64,000 nucleotides of DNA from Variibacter sp. (GTDB lineage: Bacteria; Pseudomonadota; Alphaproteobacteria; Rhizobiales; Xanthobacteraceae): assembly GCA_050187875.1 (NCBI GenBank), contig JBFWXB010000020.1, forward strand, positions 9,872 through 73,871, read 5' to 3'. Numbering within the stretch: position 1 is the first letter of the stretch; every line of letters begins with the position of its first letter. The notes below the pieces were generated by a model. The model was not told the origin of the DNA. It saw nothing but the letters and a program-made list of their open reading frames with translations, and made no database searches. The position numbers and the translations under genes were made by a program. Below, piece after piece: positions 19,367 to 27,089 of the stretch.

Positions 19367-20509
19367 ATGACGGCGGAGTCAAGCCTGACCTTCACACGCG
19401 CTGAATTCGCGCACCGCGTGGAGCGTCTGCGCGAACGGCTGCGCGCCGCGAAGGTCGATGTCGCCCTGTTCGACGAGATCGAGGCGATGATCTGGCTCTC
19501 TGGCTACGGCAACTCCGAAAATCGCTGGCGTTGCGTCGGCATTCCAATAGCGGGCGAGCCGTTTTTTCTCATCCGTGCGCTCGACGCCGGCCCCTGCCGG
19601 CAGCGCACGTGGATCGCTGATGTGCCGACGTTCCGCGACTGGGAGAGCCCGTTCACGGTGCTGCACGAGGCGCTGGCGCAGCGCGGACTTGCCCGCGGCC
19701 GCATCGGCCTCGATTTCAACTCCTATGGCATGACGCTCGACCGCTTCGCGCGCGTGAAAGCGGCGCTGCCGGACGCCGAATTCGTCGACCTCGGTCCTGT
19801 GGTCTGGGAACTCCGCCTGCTCAAGTCCGAGGCGGAACTTGCGCTGCTGCGCCGCGCGGCGGCGGTTGCGGACGAGGCCATGCGGCGCACCGCCGCCGCC
19901 TGCGTCGCCGGCGTCTCGCAGCGCGAGGCGGCGCGCGTCGCCGTCGCAAGCTTCGTCGAACTCGGCGCAGATCCCGACCACCCCGGGCCGATCTCGGCCG
20001 GGCGCGGGTGGGATTTCCTGCACGCGCATCTCGAGGATAAGGCACTCACGCCAGGCGACGTCGTGCATATCGAGCTCGTCCCGCGCGTAAGTGGCTACAG
20101 CGCGCGCATCATGCGCTGCGCCGTGGTCGGCAAGCCGTCTGACGAGCTGGTGGCGACGAGCGAAAAGCTGCGCGCCATCCAGGACCGCCAGATCGCCGCG
20201 ATGAAAGTCGGGGCGCTCGCCTCCGATGTCGACGCCATCCTGCGCAAAGGGCTCGTCGACGAGGGCTTGCGCGAAAGCTTCGACAACATCACCGGCTATA
20301 CGCTCGGCCTCTATGCCGCCGCCGGGCCGCGCACCAGCGACTTCACGCGCATCTTCCACCCGAAAGCGGACTGGCGAATCGAGCCGAACATGGTGTTCCA
20401 CATGTATACGTCGGCGAAAGGCGCTTCGCTGAGCGAAACGGTGCTGGTCACGGACGCAGGACCTGAGCGCTTCTCGAAATTGCCGCGAACATTGATCGTC
20501 AACGTCTGA
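19367..20509 (+). CDS. M24-fold hydrolase (creatinase/Xaa-Pro peptidase family) with a non-canonical metal site
   Basis: 380 aa. Creatinase/prolidase N-domain followed by a pita-bread domain (GDVVHIELVPRVSGYSARIMRCAVVG, ITGYTLGL, ETVLVTDAG). See the finding on substituted ligands. Confidence 0.8.
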   Translation: MTAESSLTFTRAEFAHRVERLRERLRAAKVDVALFDEIEAMIWLSGYGNSENRWRCVGIPIAGEPFFLIRALDAGPCRQRTWIADVPTFRDWESPFTVLHEALAQRGLARGRIGLDFNSYGMTLDRFARVKAALPDAEFVDLGPVVWELRLLKSEAELALLRRAAAVADEAMRRTAAACVAGVSQREAARVAVASFVELGADPDHPGPISAGRGWDFLHAHLEDKALTPGDVVHIELVPRVSGYSARIMRCAVVGKPSDELVATSEKLRAIQDRQIAAMKVGALASDVDAILRKGLVDEGLRESFDNITGYTLGLYAAAGPRTSDFTRIFHPKADWRIEPNMVFHMYTSAKGASLSETVLVTDAGPERFSKLPRTLIVNV

Positions 20510-20554
20510 ACAATCTCCCCTCCTCCTCCCTCCCCTGCTCTTCAGGACGCCGTC

Positions 20555-21808
20555 ATGGCCACTCCCGCATCGAAAACCATCGTCATTGGCGCCGGCGTCG
20601 CCGGCATGTCCGCCGCGCTCTATCTGCAGCGCGCCGGCGTTCCCGTGACGGTGATCGATCCCTCGCCGCCGGCGAGCGGCGCCTCGTTCGGCAATGCCGG
20701 GATGATCAGCGCCGATACGGCCGTTCCGATCGCGCTTCCGGGAATGCTGCGGAAGGTTCCGGGTTGGCTCACCGATCCGCTCGGGCCGCTCGCTGTCCAT
20801 CCCTCTTACTTCCCGAAGGCGCTGCCTTGGCTCCTGCGCTGGATCGAAGCGAGCCGCATGTCGCGCGTGCTCACGATCTCCGACGCGATGCGCGCGCTGC
20901 ATCGCGGCGCGTTCGACTGCTGGAAGGAGCTGCTGGGCCAGCAGAAATTCTATGACCTGATCCGCCCCGTCGGGCAGGTGCATGTCTGGGAGGAGGAGAC
21001 AGAGTCGGCCTCGGCTGCGCTCGAGCGGCAGCTGCGCGAGCGGCAGGGCATCAAGAGCGAGACGCTAGGTCCGGACGACTTGCAGCAGATGTTCCCCGGC
21101 ATGTCGCGCAATGTGAAGCGCGGCGTGCTGGTGCCGGGCAACGGCTACACCGTCAATCCGCAGCGCCTGGTGCGCACCCTCGGCGAGTTGCTGCTCGAAG
21201 CGGGCGGCGAGCTTCTGCCGGAGCGGGTGATGAAGATCATCCCGCGCGATGACGGCCCTGGCTATCGGGTGATGACGAATGTCGCCAATCACATGGCGGA
21301 AAAGATCGTGGTGGCCGCGGGCGCGTGGTCGCAGCGCCTGCTCGACCCCCTCGGCATCAAGGTCGCGCTGGAGACCGAGCGGGGCTATCATGTCATGCTC
21401 CCCTCGCCCGGCGTCGCGGTGAAGACGACCATTTCGAACAAGTCCCGCTCCTTCGGCGTGACGCCGATGGAGCACGGCCTGCGTCTCGCCGGAACCGTCG
21501 AGATCGCCGGGCTCGAGGCGCCGCCGGATGAGCGCCGCGCCAAGATCCTGATGCAAAGCGCCAAGACGATGTTTCCCGATCTCGACACGCGCGACTACCG
21601 GATGTGGATGGGGTTCCGGCCCTCGACGCCGGACAGCCTGCCGATCCTCGGCGAGGCGCCGGGGCGGCCGGGGCTTTATTTCATCTTCGGTCACGGACAC
21701 TTCGGAATGACGGGAGGCCCGCCGAGCGCGCGGCTCGTCTCACGGTTGATCACCGGCGCGCCGCCAGAATTCGATCCGACGCCCTATTCGCCGCGGCGAT
21801 TTTCTTAG
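20555..21808 (+). CDS. FAD-dependent oxidoreductase, D-amino-acid dehydrogenase (DadA)-like
   Basis: KTIVIGAGVAGMSAALYLQRAGVPVTVID Rossmann fold and the SFGNAGM motif. 417 aa. Confidence 0.85.
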   Translation: MATPASKTIVIGAGVAGMSAALYLQRAGVPVTVIDPSPPASGASFGNAGMISADTAVPIALPGMLRKVPGWLTDPLGPLAVHPSYFPKALPWLLRWIEASRMSRVLTISDAMRALHRGAFDCWKELLGQQKFYDLIRPVGQVHVWEEETESASAALERQLRERQGIKSETLGPDDLQQMFPGMSRNVKRGVLVPGNGYTVNPQRLVRTLGELLLEAGGELLPERVMKIIPRDDGPGYRVMTNVANHMAEKIVVAAGAWSQRLLDPLGIKVALETERGYHVMLPSPGVAVKTTISNKSRSFGVTPMEHGLRLAGTVEIAGLEAPPDERRAKILMQSAKTMFPDLDTRDYRMWMGFRPSTPDSLPILGEAPGRPGLYFIFGHGHFGMTGGPPSARLVSRLITGAPPEFDPTPYSPRRFS

Positions 21809-21863
21809 CAATTCCAGGAAAAGTGGAAACCGGCTTTCCGTCCGGAATTGCGAGAAAATAAAG

Positions 21864-21894
21864 GTGTAGAGCGGATCGATGATCCGCTCTACAC
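21864..21894. terminator. Perfect 14-bp stem hairpin between convergent genes (bidirectional terminator candidate)
   Basis: GTGTAGAGCGGATC-GAT-GATCCGCTCTACAC. It lies between the ends of the 20555-21808 (+) and 21919-23145 (-) genes. Confidence 0.6.
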
Positions 21895-21918
21895 GCGCGG
21901 CGTCACGTCGAACACGCG

Positions 21919-23145
21919 TTACTTTCGCACGTCTCGCAGGCTCGGCAGGAACCACGCGAGCAGGCCGAGCATCGGCAGGAACGAGCAGATCCGGTAGAGC
22001 GTCTCGATGCCGACGTGATCGGCGGCCTCGCCGAGGATCGCGGCAGCGACGCCGCCAAGGCCGAAGGAGAGGCCGTAGAACAGCCCGCCGATCATCCCGA
22101 TCCGGTTCGGCAAGAGCTCGATCGCGTAGATGAGGATCGCCGCGAAGGCGCTCGACATGATCAGGTTGATGACGATCGTGAGTACGCCGGTCCAGAACAG
22201 ATTAGCGAAGGGCAGCATCAGTGTGAACGGAAGCGCACCGAGAATCGAGAACCAGATGATGTTCTTGCGGCCGACCTTGTCGCCGAGAATGCCGCCGCCC
22301 AGCGTGCCGGCGGCGGCCGCGCCGAGGAAGAGGAACAGCATCACCTGCGACGCCTGCACCGAGACGCCGAATTTGTGGATGAGATAGAACGTGTAGAACG
22401 AGTTGAAGCTCGAGGAATAGGCGCTCTTCGAGAACAGCAGCAGCACGAGGATCACAAGCGACACGACGATCGTCGCCGTTGTGTGCACAGGCCGCGCCGG
22501 CGCGGGGCGCGCCGGCGGCACGGCGGCGGCGAGGACGGCGGCCTCATGCTTCCGCCGCGAGCGGGCATAGGCGCGGATCGTCCATACCATCAGCATCATT
22601 GCCGCCAGCGCCGCGGCGGAGAACCAGGCGAGCGAAGTCTGGCCGCGCGGCACGATCACAAAGGCCGCAAGCAAGGGCCCGAGCGCGCTGCCCGACTGTC
22701 CACCGACCTGGAAGATGCCTTGGGCGAAACCCTGCTTGCCGCCCGAGGCGTTGCGCGCCATGCGCGTGGCTTCCGGGTGGAAGATGGACGAGCCAAGCCC
22801 GACAAACGCGGCCGAGACGAGAAGGAGGCCGTAGCTGCTCGCATAGGCGAGGCCCAGAAGCCCCGTCAACGAGCAGCCCATGCCGACGACCATCGAATAC
22901 GGCATCGGCCGCCGATCCGTGTAATGGCCGACAGCCGGCTGCAGCAGCGACGCCGTGGTCTGGAAGGTCAAGGTGATCAGCCCGACCTGGCTGAAGTCCA
23001 AGCCATAAGCACTTTTGATGATCGGATAAATCGCCGGGATCAGCGACTGGATCATGTCGTTGAGCAGATGGGTCGCGCTCAATGCGATCAGCACCGGAAT
23101 GACGGCGCGCTGCGAGATGCTGCCGGCCGGGATATTCATGTTCAT
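21919..23145 (-). CDS. MFS transporter, Fsr (fosmidomycin-resistance)-like
   Basis: ORF 21919-23295 trimmed to ATG 23145 (MNMNIPAG). 12-TM pattern. LNDMIQSLIPAIYPIIK and LLQPAVGHYTDRRP motifs. Confidence 0.8.
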   Translation of the reverse strand: MNMNIPAGSISQRAVIPVLIALSATHLLNDMIQSLIPAIYPIIKSAYGLDFSQVGLITLTFQTTASLLQPAVGHYTDRRPMPYSMVVGMGCSLTGLLGLAYASSYGLLLVSAAFVGLGSSIFHPEATRMARNASGGKQGFAQGIFQVGGQSGSALGPLLAAFVIVPRGQTSLAWFSAAALAAMMLMVWTIRAYARSRRKHEAAVLAAAVPPARPAPARPVHTTATIVVSLVILVLLLFSKSAYSSSFNSFYTFYLIHKFGVSVQASQVMLFLFLGAAAAGTLGGGILGDKVGRKNIIWFSILGALPFTLMLPFANLFWTGVLTIVINLIMSSAFAAILIYAIELLPNRIGMIGGLFYGLSFGLGGVAAAILGEAADHVGIETLYRICSFLPMLGLLAWFLPSLRDVRK

Positions 23146-23320
23146 GGGAAATCGTCGGGCCCTGGGTCGGACTTGAGCCTTACAGCATCCCGTCGCCGGC
23201 AAACAGCGTGTTCCGGCATGTCTGGCATGAAGACGTCCGGCTTTCTGGCGGCACGGCGAGCCCGCGCCGGACGATAATGCGGGTGCCCGGAGCACCGCGC
23301 GGTGCTAATCTTACGCCACC

Positions 23321-23770
23321 ATGGTTCATCTCACCATCAATGGCACGCCACACGCGATCGACGCTGAGCCGGATATGCCGCTGTTGTGGGTCATTCGCGA
23401 GCATGTCGGGCTCACCGGCACGAAGTATGGCTGCGGCATCGCCCAATGCGGGGCGTGCACCGTGCATATCGACGGCGTAGCGGTGCGCTCGTGCAGCATC
23501 ACCTTGGACGCGCTCACGCCCGAACAGAAGATCGTCACGATCGAAGGGCTTTCGCCCGACGGCTCGCATCCCGTGCAGAAAGCGTGGATCGAGCACGACG
23601 TGCCGCAATGCGGCTATTGCCAGAGCGGCATGATCATGGCGGCCGTGGCGCTTCTGAAGGAGAAGCCGAAGCCGACGGACGCCGACATCGACGCCGCGAT
23701 CACGAATATCTGCCGCTGCGGCTCCTATCGTGAAGTGCGTACCGCGATTCACACGGCGGCGAAGAGCTGA
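23321..23770 (+). CDS. (2Fe-2S)-binding small subunit of a molybdopterin hydroxylase (IorA/aldehyde-oxidoreductase gamma type)
   Basis: 149 aa. Two cluster motifs: [12 protein letters not shown] and CGYCQSGMI...CRCGSY. Confidence 0.9.
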   Translation: MVHLTINGTPHAIDAEPDMPLLWVIREHVGLTGTKYGCGIAQCGACTVHIDGVAVRSCSITLDALTPEQKIVTIEGLSPDGSHPVQKAWIEHDVPQCGYCQSGMIMAAVALLKEKPKPTDADIDAAITNICRCGSYREVRTAIHTAAKS

Positions 23771-23780
23771 GATCGATCGA

Positions 23781-25106
23781 TCATCGTGAGAGAGGCGTCG
23801 CCTGCGGCGCGTGCGCGCGTCTCGCGAACGGCGTGAACTGAAACAGCGCCATCACGAACAGCTGTGCCGCGGCGATGAAGAACGGCCAGCGATACGTTCC
23901 GGTCAGCGTCACCAGCAGCGAGAATAGGGTCGGGCCGGTCACATAGCCGAGGAACGCGCAGAGTGTGCTCGCCGAGGTCGCCTCCGCCACGCGATCGGCG
24001 GGCGACAGGCGAGCGATCTCGGCAAGGAATATGCCGTTCCAACTCGCCGCCAGAAAGCCCACCGCTCCGGCGACCAGCGCCGTCAGAACGAACGGCGGCG
24101 ACACTGGCAACGTCCCATAGATCACGACAAGCGCGGCGGCGGCCATCGCCTGGATGGTCAAATTGCGCGCCGGCGTGCCGGTGCGATCGGCAAGCCAGCC
24201 GAGTGCGACGCGCGCGAGCGCGCCGCAGGCTTGCATCGTCGCGTAGGCGAACGCGGCGTCGCTCAAATGCAGACCGCGATCGGTGACCAGATACGTCACG
24301 GAAAACGAAAACAGCGATCCCTGCACCAACGCGAAGGAAAAGGCGAGGAACGCGATGGCAAGCAGCGAGCGATTGGCGCCAAGCACCGCGAAAGGCGCCG
24401 CGACGACGCGTGGCGAGAACACCGCGGCGAAATTGAGCGGCTGATCGTGCCGACGCTCCACGTCGAGTTCAGCTCTCACCGGCGCGATGATCGCCGCCGC
24501 CGTCAACCCGATGGCCGCGCCGACGAGCACCGCGACCTGCCAACCCCATGCCACCGCGATCGGCGCCAGCACGAGACCCGCCAATGCGCCGCCGACCGGC
24601 GCGCCCGCCTGCTTCACCGAAAAGATGAGCGTGCGATGCCGGTCCGGCGCGGTCGCCGCCAGAATCCGGCTGCCCGCTGGCGGCGAGGGACCATAGCCGA
24701 TCCCCATCATCAGCGCGGCGCACATCATGAGCCACCAATGTCCCGACGTCGCGAGCAGGAGGCCCGCGACCGCCGTCAATGCGCCGATCTGCAGCATCCG
24801 CACCGGGCCAAGCCGCGCCAGGATCGGGCTTCCGAACAGAAGGAAAAGGACGACGCCGAGCGCGCTCAGCGACGACAGATTGCCGATACGCTCCGGCGCG
24901 ATGCCGAGCCCTTTCGTCAACAGCGGCGCGATGATCGCGAGGCTCTGATCGAGCATCGATGCGTTGATCTGCATGCCGAGCGTCGTCGACAGCGCGATGA
25001 CCCACAAAGGACAACGCCGGCGCGGCGTTACGGAGGTCTGCGTCATCGGATCTGCGGCATGAGGCGAAGAAGGAGGATGCGGGACCGTTCGCGGATGGGA
25101 GGACAT
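23781..25106 (-). CDS. MFS transporter
   Basis: 441 aa, about 12 hydrophobic segments. An alternative start exists at ATG 25046 (MTQTSVTP). Substrate unknown. Confidence 0.75.
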   Translation of the reverse strand: MSSHPRTVPHPPSSPHAADPMTQTSVTPRRRCPLWVIALSTTLGMQINASMLDQSLAIIAPLLTKGLGIAPERIGNLSSLSALGVVLFLLFGSPILARLGPVRMLQIGALTAVAGLLLATSGHWWLMMCAALMMGIGYGPSPPAGSRILAATAPDRHRTLIFSVKQAGAPVGGALAGLVLAPIAVAWGWQVAVLVGAAIGLTAAAIIAPVRAELDVERRHDQPLNFAAVFSPRVVAAPFAVLGANRSLLAIAFLAFSFALVQGSLFSFSVTYLVTDRGLHLSDAAFAYATMQACGALARVALGWLADRTGTPARNLTIQAMAAAALVVIYGTLPVSPPFVLTALVAGAVGFLAASWNGIFLAEIARLSPADRVAEATSASTLCAFLGYVTGPTLFSLLVTLTGTYRWPFFIAAAQLFVMALFQFTPFARRAHAPQATPLSR

Positions 25107-25298
25107 AAGGCCGCAAAATCTTGCGCGCGCCTAGCCCTTATCCTCGCCTGATGCCGTGCGCGCGGGCATCATTGGTATTCCCAATCCGGCAGTTGACGGA
25201 CCGCATTTCCGCATGAAAAGACACGGGTGGCGCCCGCGCGTCCGCTCCGTCCCACCTTCGCGCGGAACCCCCGGCAAAGTGCAAAACGGAGATTTCGC

Positions 25299-27089
25299 AT
25301 GCAGAAGGTGCAGCGCGAGCAGGCGGGGGCCGCCGATCCGGTGACGCTGCAGATCGTGCGCGGCGCGACGAGCGCCGTGCAGAGCGAGATGGAAGCGGTG
25401 ATCGAGCGCACCGCCATGTCGCCGTTCATCCGCGAAAAGAAGGACTTTCACGCCGCCCTGTTCGACGAGCGCGGCCGCCTGATCGTCGGCTCGAACCTGC
25501 CGCTGTTCGGCGACGTCATCGCGCCGATCGCGGAGCACTATCCGCTCGACACGATGCGCCCCGGCGACATCTATTGGTTCAACGACTGCTACGCCTCGCG
25601 CGGCGCCGTCTCGCATACGCCGGACCAGGTTTTCGTCGCGCCCGTCTTCGCCGATGGCGAGTTGTCCGCGTTCGCGCAATCGTGGGCGCATTTCAACGAT
25701 GTCGGCGGCATGCGGCCAGGCTCGCTCTCACCGGACTGCACGGAGATCTACCAGGAAGGCATCATCGTGCCGCCCGTGCGCGTCGCGCGCGAGGGCGTCA
25801 TGACGGACGAGCTGCTGCGGCTCTTCTATCGCAACTCGCGCTTTCCCGAGATGGTGAAGGGCGACACGCGCGCCTCGATCGCTGCGATCCGCCTCGGCGA
25901 GCGGCGGCTCGAGGAACTGTTCCAGCGCTTCGGCCGGGCCGCGACGCTCGCCGCCTTCCACACCTTGATCGACGACACCGAACGCGAGCTGCGCGGGAAG
26001 CTGCGCGCGATCCTGCCGGAGGGCGAGCATCGCTTCACCGACCGCGTCGACAGCGATGGGCACGGCAACGGCCCGATCAAGCTCCGCTATCGGCTCACCG
26101 TCGCGCCCGAGCGGATCACATTCGACGCGAGCGAGAGCGACGACCAGGTTGCAGGCCCTGTCAATTTCCTCATGAGCCCGCCGGTGCCGGCCATGGTCTT
26201 CGGCTCCTATCTGCTCGGCCAGGGCACCACGACCATGATGAATGCCGGCGCCTATCAGGCGCTCGACGAGGTGGTCCTACGGCCAGGCTCCGTACTACAG
26301 CCGAATTTTCCGGCGCCGCTCGGCATGCGCGGCGTGACCATGATGCGCAACATGGCCGGCTGCCTCGGGCTCCTCAATGTCGCGACCGGCGGCAAGGCGA
26401 TGGCCGCGCACAGCGCCTACGTCATCTGGTACATGCGCGGCCGCGACACGAACGGCGAGCTCTTCCTGATGTCGGACGGCCTCGGCGTCGGCTATGGCGC
26501 GCGGCCGACCGCCGACGGCAACGACGCCGTCTACCTCGTCGCGCAAGAGAACTTTCCCTCGGAATTCCTCGAGACGATCTTTCCGGTGCGCGTGCGCCGC
26601 TATGCGATCAATCCCGACACCGGAGGGCCAGGGCGCTGGCGCGGCGGCTGCGGGCTCATCCGCGAGGTCGAGGTGCTAGCGCCGGAAGCGATGATCTCGA
26701 TGCGCATCGACAGCGTGGAGAATCCGCCGTGGGGCGTCGCCGGCGGACATGCCGCAGGGACCGGGCGCTGCATCGTCAATCCCGGCCGCGCCGACGAGCG
26801 CGTGCTGCGGCCGCTGAGCGACGGCAACATGGTCAAGCGCGGCGACGTCGTGCGCATCGAAACCGGCGGCGGCGGCGGCTGGGGGCATCCGTTCGATCGC
26901 GAGCCGGAACGCGTCCTGCGCGACGTATGCGACGGCTTCGTCAGCCGCGAGAGCGCGGAGAAGAATTATGGCGTCGTGATCGGCGCCGATATGCTCGCGA
27001 TCGATCAGGCCGCGACGGGCAAGCGCCGCGCACAACGGCCCGACGCGAAGCTTTTCCACCGCCACGGCTACCACGAGGTGCTCGACTGA
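25299..27089 (+). CDS. hyuB: Hydantoinase B/oxoprolinase family protein
   Basis: ORF 25227-27089 trimmed to ATG 25299. Family pattern: DPVTLQIVRGA, GGGGGWGHPFDREPERVLRDV. Confidence 0.9.
   Translation: MQKVQREQAGAADPVTLQIVRGATSAVQSEMEAVIERTAMSPFIREKKDFHAALFDERGRLIVGSNLPLFGDVIAPIAEHYPLDTMRPGDIYWFNDCYASRGAVSHTPDQVFVAPVFADGELSAFAQSWAHFNDVGGMRPGSLSPDCTEIYQEGIIVPPVRVAREGVMTDELLRLFYRNSRFPEMVKGDTRASIAAIRLGERRLEELFQRFGRAATLAAFHTLIDDTERELRGKLRAILPEGEHRFTDRVDSDGHGNGPIKLRYRLTVAPERITFDASESDDQVAGPVNFLMSPPVPAMVFGSYLLGQGTTTMMNAGAYQALDEVVLRPGSVLQPNFPAPLGMRGVTMMRNMAGCLGLLNVATGGKAMAAHSAYVIWYMRGRDTNGELFLMSDGLGVGYGARPTADGNDAVYLVAQENFPSEFLETIFPVRVRRYAINPDTGGPGRWRGGCGLIREVEVLAPEAMISMRIDSVENPPWGVAGGHAAGTGRCIVNPGRADERVLRPLSDGNMVKRGDVVRIETGGGGGWGHPFDREPERVLRDVCDGFVSRESAEKNYGVVIGADMLAIDQAATGKRRAQRPDAKLFHRHGYHEVLD

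Noticed and set aside
17583-20983. Minus-strand ORFs 17583-19244 (553 aa) and 19379-20983 (534 aa)
   Set aside because: They are antisense to the PotB/PotC permease, M24 and DadA-like genes. Extreme Arg/Asp/His/Glu content is incompatible with a real protein opposite membrane-protein genes.
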